From Clostridia bacterium (GTDB lineage Bacteria > Bacillota > Clostridia > CAKSNL01 > HGM11501), in the NCBI GenBank assembly GCA_045545475.1, contig JAZQAZ010000010.1:107590-171589 (forward strand): a stretch of 64,000 nt of DNA, read 5' to 3'. Below are positions 19,297-30,696 of this stretch, in pieces. Positions within the stretch are counted from its first letter, which is position 1. The number at the start of each line of letters is the position of its first letter. Under the pieces are notes generated by a model. It was not told the origin of the DNA. It made no database searches and worked only from the letters and a program-made list of their open reading frames with translations. The position numbers were made by a program, and so were the translations under genes.

Positions 19297-20691
19297 TTGG
19301 CAAAAGGAAAATTCCAGATAGATATGAGCAAGGGATCAATATTTAAAAATATTGTGTTTTTCGCATTTCCATTGATGCTTACAAGCCTTCTTCAGCTTTT
19401 CTACAACGCAGCTGACCTTGTAATTGTAAGCCGTTTCGCCGGCTCTAACGCTATGGCATCTGTCGGAGCTACAAGTTCTGTTACCAATCTTTTAATCAAT
19501 CTATTTATCGGTCTTTCTATGGGAGCCGGGGTAATTGTTTCCAGAAAATTCGGAGCGCAGGATAAAGAAGGAATCAAACGCTCAGTTCATACTGCCATGC
19601 TTCTTGGTATAACTGTCGGAATTCTGGCAGGCATTCTCGGAATATTTATTTCGGAGCCTATATTAAAGCTTATGGGAATTCCGGAAGGCGAAGTTATGGA
19701 CGGTGCGGTTCTATATATGAAAATACTCTTTATCGGTGTTCCGGCATCTCTTGCTTACAATTTTGGAGCATCAATATTGAGAGCGGTGGGGGATACACGC
19801 CGTCCCTTATACATACTGGCAAGTGCCGGAATTATCAATGTAATATTAAATCTTGTGCTTGTTATTTTTTTTCATCTTGACGTTGCCGGCGTTGCAATCG
19901 CAACGGCAGTATCAAACTATGTATCAGTTATTGCTGTCTTCTATATTTTGACTCATACCAAAGATGATATAAAAATAGAAATCAAAAAGCTTAAATTCCA
20001 TAAGCATGAGCTTAAAGAAATTCTCAGGATTGGCCTTCCTGCCGGAGTGCAGTCTTCATTTTTCAGCCTTTCAAACACCGTTATACAGTCATCTGTAAAC
20101 AGCTTTGGTGAAGCGGCAATTGCAGGAAATGCTGCAGGCGGAAATATCGAAGGCTTTGTGTATGTGGCCATGAATGCCTTTTATCAGGCAACGCTTACAG
20201 GCGTAAGCCAGAATTACGGAGCCCAGGAAGAAAAGCGTATCAATAAAACCATATGGGTTGCACTTTTATGTGTTATAGTGGTCGGAGCAAGTCTTGGTGC
20301 ACTTACTGTGGTATTTTCAGAGCAGCTTTTAGGTATTTACATAACAGATTCGGCTGAAGCCTTGAACTTTGGTGTAAAGCGAATGTATTTAACCTGTCTG
20401 CCTTATTTCCTTTGCGGTATTATGGAGGTTCTGACAGGGGCTTTAAGAGGACTGGGATGCTCAACGACAACAGCTGTTACTTCCTTTATCGGAACCTGCG
20501 GATTCCGTATATTCTGGGCGAAATTTGCGGTTGAATATATAGCTGCAAGGGTGCATTTTATAGACAGCTCTATTGATATACTCTACCTTTGCTGGCCCAT
20601 ATCCTGGCTTTTGGTTAGCTTGATGCATTTGGTTACGCTCATTATAATAAAACCTCGTGCAATACGCCGTATGAACGGAGAGTTTATATAA
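19297..20691 (+). CDS. MATE family efflux transporter
   Basis: PLMLTSLLQLFYNAADLVIV, LRAVGDTRRPL, IGLPAGVQ; about 12 TM segments. Confidence 0.92.
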   Translation: MAKGKFQIDMSKGSIFKNIVFFAFPLMLTSLLQLFYNAADLVIVSRFAGSNAMASVGATSSVTNLLINLFIGLSMGAGVIVSRKFGAQDKEGIKRSVHTAMLLGITVGILAGILGIFISEPILKLMGIPEGEVMDGAVLYMKILFIGVPASLAYNFGASILRAVGDTRRPLYILASAGIINVILNLVLVIFFHLDVAGVAIATAVSNYVSVIAVFYILTHTKDDIKIEIKKLKFHKHELKEILRIGLPAGVQSSFFSLSNTVIQSSVNSFGEAAIAGNAAGGNIEGFVYVAMNAFYQATLTGVSQNYGAQEEKRINKTIWVALLCVIVVGASLGALTVVFSEQLLGIYITDSAEALNFGVKRMYLTCLPYFLCGIMEVLTGALRGLGCSTTTAVTSFIGTCGFRIFWAKFAVEYIAARVHFIDSSIDILYLCWPISWLLVSLMHLVTLIIIKPRAIRRMNGEFI

Positions 20692-20716
20692 AAAAGGAGC
20701 CTCATGCTCCTTTTTA
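20689..20716. terminator. Bidirectional intrinsic terminator
   Basis: TAAAAAAGGAGC-CTCAT-GCTCCTTTTTA between convergent genes. Confidence 0.75.
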
Positions 20717-21544
20717 TTTTGCTTTTCTGTACATATTGGGAGTTTTCCCGAAATGGTTACGGAATACTTTTGAAAAATAGTTATAGTCATTATATCCCAC
20801 AAGTCTTGCAATTTCACTTATGGGGAAATCCGTTGAACGCAAAAGCCTTTTTGCTGCAGAAAGCTTCCGCTCGGTTATATAAGCAGAAAGCCCCTTTTTA
20901 GTTTCTTCGGAAAATTTCTGGTATAAACTGCTACGGCTCATATTTAAGTGGCGACACAGATTTTCTGTGGTTGCATCGGATAAATTGGAATCTATATAGC
21001 GATTAACCTTTTCTGTTAAAAGCTCACCTTTGGGACTTATCATTTCTTTTAATATGATGTAGCTTATGCAGCTTTCCATGATTTTTGCGGCAGCGATGAT
21101 AGTGTCACTTTCTTTATATTGTACCGATTTAATATACTTTTTGATTTTTTCGCTATCCATATCATAAGAAGCACAAAGGTCGGTTACTGTTTTTAAGAGA
21201 TTTGTCTTATCGGCAGAATCGGTAATCTGCCCGAACATCATATAACCTATAATGATTCCACTTTCCTTTATAGGTGCAACAGCCTCGGTGAGTCCTGCGT
21301 GGCATTTATATATAATAAGTCCGTCCTTTTTACGGCATTCTGTAAAGGAGCGTCTGTCGCTTTCCTCGCACTTTTCATTGGCTTTCGGAAAGCTTCTTAC
21401 ATATTCGCAGAATTTGCAGTAAACATTGGGATATGCAAAAAGGCGGTTACAGTCGGAATCAAAGATGTTAAGCCTTAATCCCGTGAGGGAATGGAAGGAC
21501 TGCATTATTTCTTTAAGACGGTCTAAATCATAATTGAAAGCCAT
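20714..21544 (-). CDS. AraC-family regulator with PocR sensor domain
   Basis: FC...C..SD, YKCHAGLTE, GYMMFGQ; C-terminal AraC HTH GYNDYNYFSKVF. Confidence 0.92.
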   Translation of the reverse strand: MAFNYDLDRLKEIMQSFHSLTGLRLNIFDSDCNRLFAYPNVYCKFCEYVRSFPKANEKCEESDRRSFTECRKKDGLIIYKCHAGLTEAVAPIKESGIIIGYMMFGQITDSADKTNLLKTVTDLCASYDMDSEKIKKYIKSVQYKESDTIIAAAKIMESCISYIILKEMISPKGELLTEKVNRYIDSNLSDATTENLCRHLNMSRSSLYQKFSEETKKGLSAYITERKLSAAKRLLRSTDFPISEIARLVGYNDYNYFSKVFRNHFGKTPNMYRKAK

Positions 21545-21648
21545 ATGACACCTCGGACAAATTTACTTATTTTTGGACATATTTTACTATCATTATAACA
21601 CAATCGGTGATAAAATCAAGATATAAATAATTGAAAGGATGATTTTTT

Positions 21649-23049
21649 ATGAAAAAGAAAGAAATGTGTTTTGCCCTTTATTTCGGTAACAGAGGATTTT
21701 TCCCCGAAACACTCATTGCATCTGCAAGAAGCGAGATGATTGAGGCTGTTACAAAGGCAGGTTATAAGTATATAATTGCACCTGAAGATATGACACGCTA
21801 CGGTGCTGTTGAAACTAAGGATGAAGGTATTAAATATGCCGCTTGGCTTAAGAGTCACGAAGGCGAATATGACGGCGTTATTATGTCGCTTCCCAACTTC
21901 AGCGATGAAAACGGTGCAATTGCGGCATTAAAGGATGCCGGAAAGCCAATCTTAATTCAGGCATATCCCGACGAAATCGGAAAGATGGACTTTGAACACA
22001 GAAGAGACTCCTACTGCGGAAAGTTTTCCATCTGCGATGTATTCCATCAGTACAGAGTTCCCTTCACGGTGCTTGAGCCCCACGTTGTTCACCCCTTAAC
22101 AGAGGATTTTGCAAAGAACCTTTATGACTTTGCGGCAATCTGCCGTGTGGCTAACGGAATGAAGGAATTTACAATAGGTATCATCGGTGCAAGAACAACT
22201 AAGTTCAAGACCGTAAGATACGATGAAATCACACTTCAGAAATACGGCATCACCTGCGATACATATGACCTTTCCGAGCTTTTCTACAGAGTTGAAAAGA
22301 TGGAAAGAGACGAAAGAGTTATCACAAAAGAAAAGGTACTTTGCGACTATACCGACTTTTCAAGAGTTCCTGCCGACAAGCTTACAACCCTTGCAAAGGT
22401 ATCTCTTGCGATTGACGATATGATGGCAGACTATCACTTGGATGCAATTACACTCCGTTGTTGGGAAGAAATGCAGACAGTACTTGGCGTTGCTCCCTGC
22501 GTACTCTTAAGTGAGCTTAACGACAGAGGAATTGTTGCATCCTGCGAAATCGACCTTTGCTCTGCAATTAATATGTACTCTATGCAGCTTGCATCAGAGG
22601 AAAGCACAGCCTGCGTTGACTGGAACAACAATTATGGCGACGATAAGAATAAGGTTATTTTATTCCATTGCGGTCCCATTGCTCAGAGCCTTATGGAAGG
22701 TAAGGGTGTAGTAACGGACCACAAGATGTTTGCAAAAACCAATCCCGGATGCGGATGGGGAAGCAACGAAGGCAGAATTGCGGCCTTTGAAATGACCTAC
22801 TCCAACTGTAAGACAGAAGATGGAAAGCTTACTTTCTATGCCGATGAAGGAAGATTTACGGGCGAGCCCATTGAAGCTGAATTTTTCGGATGCGGTGGTG
22901 TAGCAGAAATCCGCGACCTTCAGAGAAAGCTTATAAAGCTTGCAAAGGAAGGCTACCGTCACCATACCGCAGTAGGTAAGGGCAAGATGGCTTCTGTGCT
23001 TAAGGAAGCATTTACAACATATTTAGGCTACGATGTAATTGAACTTTAA
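21649..23049 (+). CDS. L-fucose/L-arabinose isomerase-like protein
   Basis: NFSDE, RRDSYCGK, ASCEID, FHCG, YRHH motifs. Confidence 0.8.
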   Translation: MKKKEMCFALYFGNRGFFPETLIASARSEMIEAVTKAGYKYIIAPEDMTRYGAVETKDEGIKYAAWLKSHEGEYDGVIMSLPNFSDENGAIAALKDAGKPILIQAYPDEIGKMDFEHRRDSYCGKFSICDVFHQYRVPFTVLEPHVVHPLTEDFAKNLYDFAAICRVANGMKEFTIGIIGARTTKFKTVRYDEITLQKYGITCDTYDLSELFYRVEKMERDERVITKEKVLCDYTDFSRVPADKLTTLAKVSLAIDDMMADYHLDAITLRCWEEMQTVLGVAPCVLLSELNDRGIVASCEIDLCSAINMYSMQLASEESTACVDWNNNYGDDKNKVILFHCGPIAQSLMEGKGVVTDHKMFAKTNPGCGWGSNEGRIAAFEMTYSNCKTEDGKLTFYADEGRFTGEPIEAEFFGCGGVAEIRDLQRKLIKLAKEGYRHHTAVGKGKMASVLKEAFTTYLGYDVIEL

Positions 23050-23057
23050 TCCCGGAG

Positions 23058-24551
23058 GTGGCAAAGTTGTACGTTGGCGGACTTGATTTGGGAACAACTG
23101 GCTGTAAAATTGTAATTTACGACGATAAGGGTAATTACATAGATAAGTTTTACAGAGAATATAACGTATCAAGACATGGCGGAATGCACGAGCTTGATAT
23201 GGGAAACATATGGGAATCCGTGGTTGAAATATTAAAAGAGGCATCAAAGTATACACCGCTTGCATCCATCGGTGTCACAAGCTTTGGCGAAACCTTTGCA
23301 ATGCTTGACGAAAACGATGAAATTATAGCACCCTCCATGCTGTACACAGATCCCAGAGGAAGCGAAGAATGTGAGGAACTTATAAAGGCACTGGGAAAGG
23401 ATAAAATTTCTGTTAAGGTTGGCTGTATGCCTCATCCCATGTACTCGCTTCCAAAGCTTATGTGGCTTAAAAAGCATATGAGCGATGTATATAAAAAGGC
23501 AAAAAGAGTTCTTCTTGCAGAAGACTTTATCGTTTATAAGCTTACCGGCGTTGCACAGATTGACTATTCTCTTGCGGCAAGGACAATGGCTCTTGACATA
23601 AGAGAAAAATGCTGGTGGAACGAGATATTTGAAGCAGCGGGAGTGGATTCTTCCCTTCTTTCAAAGCCGGTTCCGTCAGGAACCGTTGCCGGTGGCATAA
23701 AGAAAGATGTCGCTCTTTTAACAGGACTTTCGGAAGAGACCAAGGTTGTAAGTTGCTGTCAGGATCAGATTGCATCTGCAATCGGTGCAGGTGCTTTTAC
23801 ATCAGATGTGGCTGTTGACGGAATAGGAACGGTTGAGTGTGTCACCATTATTATGGATGAAGCACCCGCTGACGCTGAATTTTATGCAGCAGGCTACTCT
23901 GTTGTTCCTCATATCGGCGATAAATATGCCTGCTACGTTTTATCTTATGCAGGCGGTGCAACCTTAAAGTGGTTCCGGGACACCTTTGCGGAAAAGGAAA
24001 AGGAAGATGCGGAGAAAAAGGGAGAAAACGTATATAAAAATCTTGACGATGCAATGCCTGCTGAGCCGACGGAAATTCTTGTGATGCCTTATTTTGCAGG
24101 TGCGGCAACGCCCTATATGGATACAGAGGCGAAGGCAAGCTTTATAGGGCTTACTTTCGAACATACAAAGCTTGATATTTACAGAGCTTTAATGGAAGGA
24201 ACATCCTATGAAATCGCTCTTAATATGGACGTCATAAGAAAGTTTTTAACAACGCCAAAACACCTTCGTGCAACCGGCGGTGGCGGAGCATCAGACCCCT
24301 GGCTTCAGATTAAATCCGACATCTTAGGAGTGGGTATAACGGCTCTTTCGGCCTCGGAGGTTGGCGGTGCGGGAAGTGCAGCACTTGGAGGATTTGCAAC
24401 CGGCGTATTTTCCGACCTTAAGGAAGCCGTAAGTCTGATGGTTCCTGAGCGAAAGAGTTTCACACCCGGAAGCGAATTTAAGGCGACATACGAAAAGTGC
24501 TTCAATAAATATAAAAATTTATATAAGGCTGTAAAAAGCCTGGGAGAATAA
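23058..24551 (+). CDS. FGGY-family carbohydrate kinase
   Basis: GLDLGTTGCK, DYSLAARTM, RALMEG, GGG..SD.WLQIKSD. Confidence 0.9.
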   Translation: MAKLYVGGLDLGTTGCKIVIYDDKGNYIDKFYREYNVSRHGGMHELDMGNIWESVVEILKEASKYTPLASIGVTSFGETFAMLDENDEIIAPSMLYTDPRGSEECEELIKALGKDKISVKVGCMPHPMYSLPKLMWLKKHMSDVYKKAKRVLLAEDFIVYKLTGVAQIDYSLAARTMALDIREKCWWNEIFEAAGVDSSLLSKPVPSGTVAGGIKKDVALLTGLSEETKVVSCCQDQIASAIGAGAFTSDVAVDGIGTVECVTIIMDEAPADAEFYAAGYSVVPHIGDKYACYVLSYAGGATLKWFRDTFAEKEKEDAEKKGENVYKNLDDAMPAEPTEILVMPYFAGAATPYMDTEAKASFIGLTFEHTKLDIYRALMEGTSYEIALNMDVIRKFLTTPKHLRATGGGGASDPWLQIKSDILGVGITALSASEVGGAGSAALGGFATGVFSDLKEAVSLMVPERKSFTPGSEFKATYEKCFNKYKNLYKAVKSLGE

Positions 24552-24552
24552 T

Positions 24553-25542
24553 ATGAATAAGTATTTAGGACATGCGTCGCAAATAAGGGGCGCAGAAGAA
24601 CATATATTAAAAGGCGGTAAGGGCGACGGAATGCGTCTCCTTAATGTAAGAAACGGAAAAGGCCTTGATATAACTGTCTCGCTTGATCGTGCGGCAGATA
24701 TTTCACGTCTTTCTTACAAAGGCGTCAACATGGGGTATTTTGCACCCTGCGGATATGTGGCACCTTCCTACTATAACGGGGACTTCTTAAAGTCATTTAC
24801 AGCGGGCTTTTTCACCACCTGCGGTCTTACAACCGTCGGAACGCCCACACACGATAACGGAGAGGATTTGCCCCTTCACGGAACGATTTCAAACATTCCC
24901 GCAGAAAAGGTAAGTTATAAGGAAACGGGTGACGGTCTTGAGCTTTACGCCGAAGTTCCAGAAGCATCTCTTTTCGGCAGAAAGATGACCTTAAAGCGTA
25001 CATATTTTATTTCCTATGAGAAAAACGAAATTACATTATCTGATGAAATTGTAAACGAAGGGGGAGCGGAAGAGCCGGTAATGGTTTTATACCATTGCAA
25101 TATGGGTTATCCCTTGCTTTCAGAAAACTCCGAGGTTGTAATTCCAAGTAGTAAAATCCTTCCGAGAAACGAAGATGCGGCAAAGGGGATTTCCGATTCT
25201 CTTAAAATGGAAAAGCCTCAGAAAGGTTACGTTGAGCAGTGCTTTTACTATGATGTAAAAGAAAAGGACGGCTTTGCAAATGCGGGAATTTATTCGCCTG
25301 ATGAAAATGTAGGCGTTGTACTTTCCTTTGATAAAAAAGGCCTTGATTATTTTACAGAATGGAAGATGATGGGCGAAACCGAGTATGTATTGGGACTTGA
25401 ACCCGGAAACTGCACACCTGACGGAAGAAGTGTTTTAAGAGAAAGAGGCGAGCTTAAATTTTTAGCACCTGGCGAAAGCTATAAAACACTCCTTAAATTT
25501 AAGTTCTTTAATGACAGAGGCGACTTTTTAAATAATTTCTGA
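24553..25542 (+). CDS. Aldose 1-epimerase-like (DUF4432) protein
   Basis: DRAADI, TTCGL, LHGTISNIPA, LYHCNMGYPL, LGLEPG. Confidence 0.85.
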   Translation: MNKYLGHASQIRGAEEHILKGGKGDGMRLLNVRNGKGLDITVSLDRAADISRLSYKGVNMGYFAPCGYVAPSYYNGDFLKSFTAGFFTTCGLTTVGTPTHDNGEDLPLHGTISNIPAEKVSYKETGDGLELYAEVPEASLFGRKMTLKRTYFISYEKNEITLSDEIVNEGGAEEPVMVLYHCNMGYPLLSENSEVVIPSSKILPRNEDAAKGISDSLKMEKPQKGYVEQCFYYDVKEKDGFANAGIYSPDENVGVVLSFDKKGLDYFTEWKMMGETEYVLGLEPGNCTPDGRSVLRERGELKFLAPGESYKTLLKFKFFNDRGDFLNNF

Positions 25543-25597
25543 TTATAAGACCCACATAACTTTTGCTATATGGGTCTTATTAAAATAGGAGGCAATT

Positions 25598-27631
25598 ATG
25601 GAAATACTTAAGATAAATATGGGAAACGAAGCTTTAAGCTTTGAAACATTGGATAACGGGCAGCTGGTTTTATTGCCCGTTTTTAAAGGATGCAGTATTC
25701 CCAATGAAAAAAAACACTATTTCCGCACAACGGAAATTCAGATTACTGGAGATAATCCCGATAATCACAGGGGTGCAAAGTGCTTTCTTATGGGGTGCGG
25801 AGAAACTCTTAAATATAAAGAATTAAAAGAGATAAGAAAAGAGGGTGAAACGGAATATATTTTCACTCTTGAAAACGAAAAGATAGAAGTAAAGCTTCAT
25901 TATGTCATTTTTGACGGAATAAATGTTTTGAGGGCATACAGCGAAATTAAAAATATATCGGATGATGCAATAGGTATTGAATATGCATCGAGCATCGCAC
26001 TTACGGGACTTGACTTAGGCGGAGAAAAAGATGCCTGCGAGAAAATAAAAATCGGGGTATTTAATAACAGCTGGTGCTGCGAAATGGATTATAAAGAGCA
26101 TTCCTTAAGAGACCTGGGATTCATAAAGGGCGGCGTTAACAGGCTTTCTTATGCAGGTACCGGTTCATGGGTTACAAAGGAATATCTTCCTCAGGGATTT
26201 TTAGCTAACATCGAAGCAAATCGTGCTTTCTTCTGGCAGATAGAATCAAACACTTCCTGGCATCACGAGGTAAGTGAGCATCAGGGATATTACTATTTAA
26301 GAGCATCGGGCCCATCGGAACACGACAACGGCTGGTGGAAGGAGCTTCAAAAGGGCGAAAGCTTTACTACGGTTAAGGCGGCAGTCTCCTTTGGTAAAAA
26401 CTTTGAAGAAACACTTTTTGAGATGACAAAATACAGAAGGAAAATAATAAACCGTCCCGAAAGCGATTTGCATCAGCCTGTAATTTTCAATGACTACTTA
26501 AATTGTCTTTGGGCAAACCCCACGACAGAAAGAGAAATGCCTGTAATTGATGCGGCAGCAAAATTGGGTGCGGAAATTTACTGTATGGATGCAGGCTGGT
26601 ATGCAGACGGAGTATGGTGGGATACGGTAGGTGAGTGGCAGGTTGTTGAAAGAAGATTCCCCGGCGGAATTAAAAAACTCTTCTCCTATATAAAGGAAAA
26701 GGGTATGATTCCCGGTATCTGGCTTGAACCTGAAACCATCGGTATAAAAAGCCCGGCACTTTCACGTTTTACCGATGAGGATTTCTTTATACGTCACGGA
26801 AAAAGAATCGTGGAACACGGAAGACATCAGCTCGATTTCAGAAGCGAAAGAGTGCGTGCTCATCTTACTGAGCGTGTTGATTGGCTGGTTAGTGAGCTTG
26901 GAATAGGTTATTTCAAGTTTGACTATAACATTGATGCAGGCATCGGCACGGAAAACGACGCATCAAGCTTTGGAGACGGACTTATGGCACACGGAAAGGC
27001 ATATCTTTCATGGGTTGATTCCTTAAGAGAAAAACATCCCCATCTCATAATTGAAAACTGTGCGTCCGGCGGAATGAGGATGGAGTATGAATCCCTTTCA
27101 CATACGGCACTTCAGTCTCTTACAGATGCAGGTGACTATAAAAGAATCGGCATAATCGCAGCAAACAGTTCCTTGGGTGTCATTCCTGAACAGGCGGCAG
27201 TATGGGTAGCACCTAAAAAGAGCTATACTAAAAATGAAATAGAAGCCTCCCTTGTAAATGCAATGTTCAAGCGTATTCACTTAAGCGGCGAAACATATTT
27301 GTTCGATGAAGAAGAATCAAAGATTGTTATGGATGCAATTAACTATTATAAGTCAATACGAAGTGAGATTCCTGATCTTTTGCCATTTTTCCCTAAAGGC
27401 GTGCCGGGCTATGATAAAAATATCCTTTGTGCAGGATATAAGGGCAAGGAAAAGATGTATATAACTCTTGTAAATATTTCGGATAAAGATGAAGAAACAA
27501 TTGTACCGCTCCCGAATATAAAAGATGTAAAAATTCCATTCGGAACAGGTGAAATTATAAAAACAGAGGAAAATGCGGTTACGGTTAAAATAAAAGCGGG
27601 TTCCGGTTTTATTTTAGAATGTAGAAAATGA
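25598..27631 (+). CDS. GH36 alpha-galactosidase
   Basis: FNDY, CMDAGWY, GIWLEPE, YFKFDYN, IENCASGGMR. Confidence 0.9.
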   Translation: MEILKINMGNEALSFETLDNGQLVLLPVFKGCSIPNEKKHYFRTTEIQITGDNPDNHRGAKCFLMGCGETLKYKELKEIRKEGETEYIFTLENEKIEVKLHYVIFDGINVLRAYSEIKNISDDAIGIEYASSIALTGLDLGGEKDACEKIKIGVFNNSWCCEMDYKEHSLRDLGFIKGGVNRLSYAGTGSWVTKEYLPQGFLANIEANRAFFWQIESNTSWHHEVSEHQGYYYLRASGPSEHDNGWWKELQKGESFTTVKAAVSFGKNFEETLFEMTKYRRKIINRPESDLHQPVIFNDYLNCLWANPTTEREMPVIDAAAKLGAEIYCMDAGWYADGVWWDTVGEWQVVERRFPGGIKKLFSYIKEKGMIPGIWLEPETIGIKSPALSRFTDEDFFIRHGKRIVEHGRHQLDFRSERVRAHLTERVDWLVSELGIGYFKFDYNIDAGIGTENDASSFGDGLMAHGKAYLSWVDSLREKHPHLIIENCASGGMRMEYESLSHTALQSLTDAGDYKRIGIIAANSSLGVIPEQAAVWVAPKKSYTKNEIEASLVNAMFKRIHLSGETYLFDEEESKIVMDAINYYKSIRSEIPDLLPFFPKGVPGYDKNILCAGYKGKEKMYITLVNISDKDEETIVPLPNIKDVKIPFGTGEIIKTEENAVTVKIKAGSGFILECRK

Positions 27632-27744
27632 CAAAAAATTAAAGAAAAAGTGAAAAACAGGGCAAAATAGTTAAGGAAACATATATATTTGTGTGGTATA
27701 ATAAAAATAAGCAGTGAAACTGTGAAGAGAAAGGATGGAAAAAC

Positions 27745-30696
27745 ATGAAAAAATTATTGGCACTTGCTATGGCTATGATAATGGTATTAGCAATTTTTAT
27801 CGTTGTCGAAGCAACAGACGGTGCTTACACCTATTCAAGCTCCTGGAAGCTTGAAGTGGAAAGCACAAACGACTCAGGCTCAACTTTATCAAGAGCCTTT
27901 GACGGAAAGAGCGAAACCTACTATCACTCATGGTTTACTAAAAAAGATGGTGAAACATTAAAGGATGCTTGTCCTCACACAATTACGGTAACCTTTGATA
28001 AAGCACTTGAAATTTCTTCGATTTCTTATCTCCCGAGACAGATAAACGGAAACGACAAGTCAGAATCAGGTATCTGGAAAAAGGCCGAAATCTATGGCTC
28101 AACCGACGGAAAAACATTTAAGAAGCTCACTGATGTAAGTTATGATGTTGCAAAGACAAGAGATCTCACAACAACCAATATTCCTAAAAACAACTATAAG
28201 GCAATCCGCTTTGTTGTAACGGATAGTGTTAACGGCTATTGCACAATTGCCGAAATTGAATTTTTCGGCGGTGAGGCAGGAGCGACAACAACGACAACTA
28301 CTCCCACTACTCCTACAACAACACCTGCTACAGGTGCAACTTCTGCCATTACAAATAACGGCTGGAAAATCGAAGCATCCAGTGCTTTTGGAACGGGCAA
28401 TTCTATTGATAAAGCCTTTGACGGAAACGAGAAGACAATCTGGCATTCAAATTACACCGTTAAAGACGGTAAAATCGTTGCAAAGGAAGAGTGCCCTCAC
28501 ACAATTACAGTAACCTTTGATAAGGCAACTGAAGTTGCAGCGGTTACATATCTTCCCAGACAGCTCACGGATACAGATAAGTCAGGCTCAGGTATCTGGA
28601 AGAGAGCGGAGATATACGGCTCAAAAGACGGAAGTAAATTCACAAAGCTTTGTGATGTAACTTATGATGTTGTTGCTACAAGAGCACTTACAACAACCGA
28701 AATAAAGAAAGATACCTATAAGGCTATAAGAATCGTTGTAACTGAGTCGCAGAGCGGCTACGGAACAGCAGCTGAAATCGGATTCTTAGGTGCATTTACA
28801 GGTGCTACCGAAGAAAAGAAAGAAGAAGCTAAGGAAGAAGCGAAGACCGATGCTCCTTTATACGAGCCTGTCAAGGTTACATACGTTAATGTAACAGGTG
28901 CTGTTTCAAAGGATGCTTATGAATACAATTCTTCCTGGGATATTACGGTTTCTTCTTCTACTAAAGGTTCCGCCGAGAGAATGTTCGACGGAGAAAAGCT
29001 TTCCTACTGGCATTCCTGGTTTACTTCCAAGGACGGAGTAACCACCAAAGCAGAAGGACCCCACGAAGTAACGATAGTTTTCCCGGAAGAAAAGGCTGTT
29101 TCCGGTATAAGATACACCCCCAGACAATTAAACGGAAACGATAAGTCAACCTCGGGTATTGCGATACTTGCCGAAGTACACGTTACTACAGACGGAGAAA
29201 AGTTCACAAAAATAGCTCAGGGCAACTTTACTTATGCGTCAGGCTATGCAGAAAGAGAAACTCAGGAGATTAAATTTGACACTGTAAAGGTAAAGGGTAT
29301 CAAGTTTGTTATCACCCAGTCTGTTTCAGGTTACGGAACTTGTGCGGAGCTTGAAGTATTAAAAGGCGAAGGAGCAGAGGCCGACATTGAAGAGCTTACA
29401 AAGGAAGCAAAGAAGAACAATAAGTTCATCACTATGCAGATTGACTCACTTGATGCAAAAATCGGAGATAAAGAAGTTAAACTGGTAAAGGCTCCTCAGA
29501 TTGTTGACGGAAGAACCTTGGTTCCCGTAAGATTTGTATCTGAATCATTAGGCGCAGTGGTTGGCTGGAATGGAGAAACAAGAGAAGTTTCTATAATGGA
29601 CGGCACAAATAATATCGTTCTTGAGATAGATTCTCCCTATGTAATGGTAAACGGAAAAGTCGAAACACTTGACGTTCCTGCAATGATTATAGATAACTCC
29701 ACAATGGTTCCTATTCGTTTTGTATCCGAAACACTTGGAGCTAATGTAGAGTGGGATGGAGAAACAAGAACGGTTACCATTGATAAGCCTATGACAATTG
29801 CTTGTTGGGGTGACAGCTTAACCTACGGTGACGGAGCAACATCTTCTCCTTATCCTACGGTTTTAGCAAAGCTTTCTGGTCTTAAGACCTTAAACCTTGG
29901 TATCGGTGGTGAAAGTGCTCTTACAATTGCGGCTCGTCAGGGTGCATATGATATTTCCATGAGCGAGGATTTCGTAATTCCCGAATCCGGAAGCGTTGAC
30001 CTTCCTCTTGTTACATTCAAGGAAGGAACATATCTTACAACTCCTGACGGTGGACAGGTTTGCCCAAGAGCCACTTCTGCAAAGTGGAATCCCTGTTATA
30101 TCAACGGAGTAGAGGGAACACTTTCAATTCAGGTTGATACAACAGTTGTTCCCAGAGTGTTAAAGAAAGCAACTTTTACAAGAAAGCAGTCAGGCGAAGC
30201 GGTGGAAGTTAAGAAGGGCGACCTTTTAATTCCCTCTGCAAGCTATGTGAAAGCTGACATCAATGTTATCTACATCGGTGCAAACGGCATCTGGGATGAG
30301 GATAATACAAACGGCAAAAACACCAAAGAGCAGGCAGATAAGCTCATCGCTATGATAAACAGAATGATTGAAAATACTCCAGATCCCGAAAAGTTTATCG
30401 TTGTTGGCTTTACATGGAGTGGAAAGGATTCCTGGAGCGTAGTTGATGCCGAAATGGAAAAAGCATTTGGAAGAAAGTTCGTTTCCACAAAGAGCTATAT
30501 GTCAAGCGAACAGGCTCTTAAAGATATGGGTGTAACACCCACGGAAGCAGATCTTGCCGACATCAAGCTTGGCAGAGTTCCTGAATCCTTCAGAAAGAGT
30601 GCATCCGACGGCACACACCTTAACGACCTTGGATACACCATTCTCGGTACAAAGATTTACGAGAGAATGATAGAACTTGGCTATATTGTTAAATAA
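27745..30696 (+). CDS. Secreted protein: 3x F5/8 type C (CBM32-like) + copper amine oxidase N-terminal + SGNH hydrolase
   Basis: Signal peptide; three AFDG...HS...Y.PRQ repeats; GRTLVPVRFVSE; CWGDSLT and DGTH. Confidence 0.85.
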   Translation: MKKLLALAMAMIMVLAIFIVVEATDGAYTYSSSWKLEVESTNDSGSTLSRAFDGKSETYYHSWFTKKDGETLKDACPHTITVTFDKALEISSISYLPRQINGNDKSESGIWKKAEIYGSTDGKTFKKLTDVSYDVAKTRDLTTTNIPKNNYKAIRFVVTDSVNGYCTIAEIEFFGGEAGATTTTTTPTTPTTTPATGATSAITNNGWKIEASSAFGTGNSIDKAFDGNEKTIWHSNYTVKDGKIVAKEECPHTITVTFDKATEVAAVTYLPRQLTDTDKSGSGIWKRAEIYGSKDGSKFTKLCDVTYDVVATRALTTTEIKKDTYKAIRIVVTESQSGYGTAAEIGFLGAFTGATEEKKEEAKEEAKTDAPLYEPVKVTYVNVTGAVSKDAYEYNSSWDITVSSSTKGSAERMFDGEKLSYWHSWFTSKDGVTTKAEGPHEVTIVFPEEKAVSGIRYTPRQLNGNDKSTSGIAILAEVHVTTDGEKFTKIAQGNFTYASGYAERETQEIKFDTVKVKGIKFVITQSVSGYGTCAELEVLKGEGAEADIEELTKEAKKNNKFITMQIDSLDAKIGDKEVKLVKAPQIVDGRTLVPVRFVSESLGAVVGWNGETREVSIMDGTNNIVLEIDSPYVMVNGKVETLDVPAMIIDNSTMVPIRFVSETLGANVEWDGETRTVTIDKPMTIACWGDSLTYGDGATSSPYPTVLAKLSGLKTLNLGIGGESALTIAARQGAYDISMSEDFVIPESGSVDLPLVTFKEGTYLTTPDGGQVCPRATSAKWNPCYINGVEGTLSIQVDTTVVPRVLKKATFTRKQSGEAVEVKKGDLLIPSASYVKADINVIYIGANGIWDEDNTNGKNTKEQADKLIAMINRMIENTPDPEKFIVVGFTWSGKDSWSVVDAEMEKAFGRKFVSTKSYMSSEQALKDMGVTPTEADLADIKLGRVPESFRKSASDGTHLNDLGYTILGTKIYERMIELGYIVK

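Noticed and set aside
18653-19346. Short ORFs over the tRNA and its leader
   Set aside because: They overlap the tRNA gene, the tRNA fragment and promoters.
28280-28350. ACA/ACT-rich low-complexity repeat
   Set aside because: It encodes a Thr/Pro linker between CBM domains.
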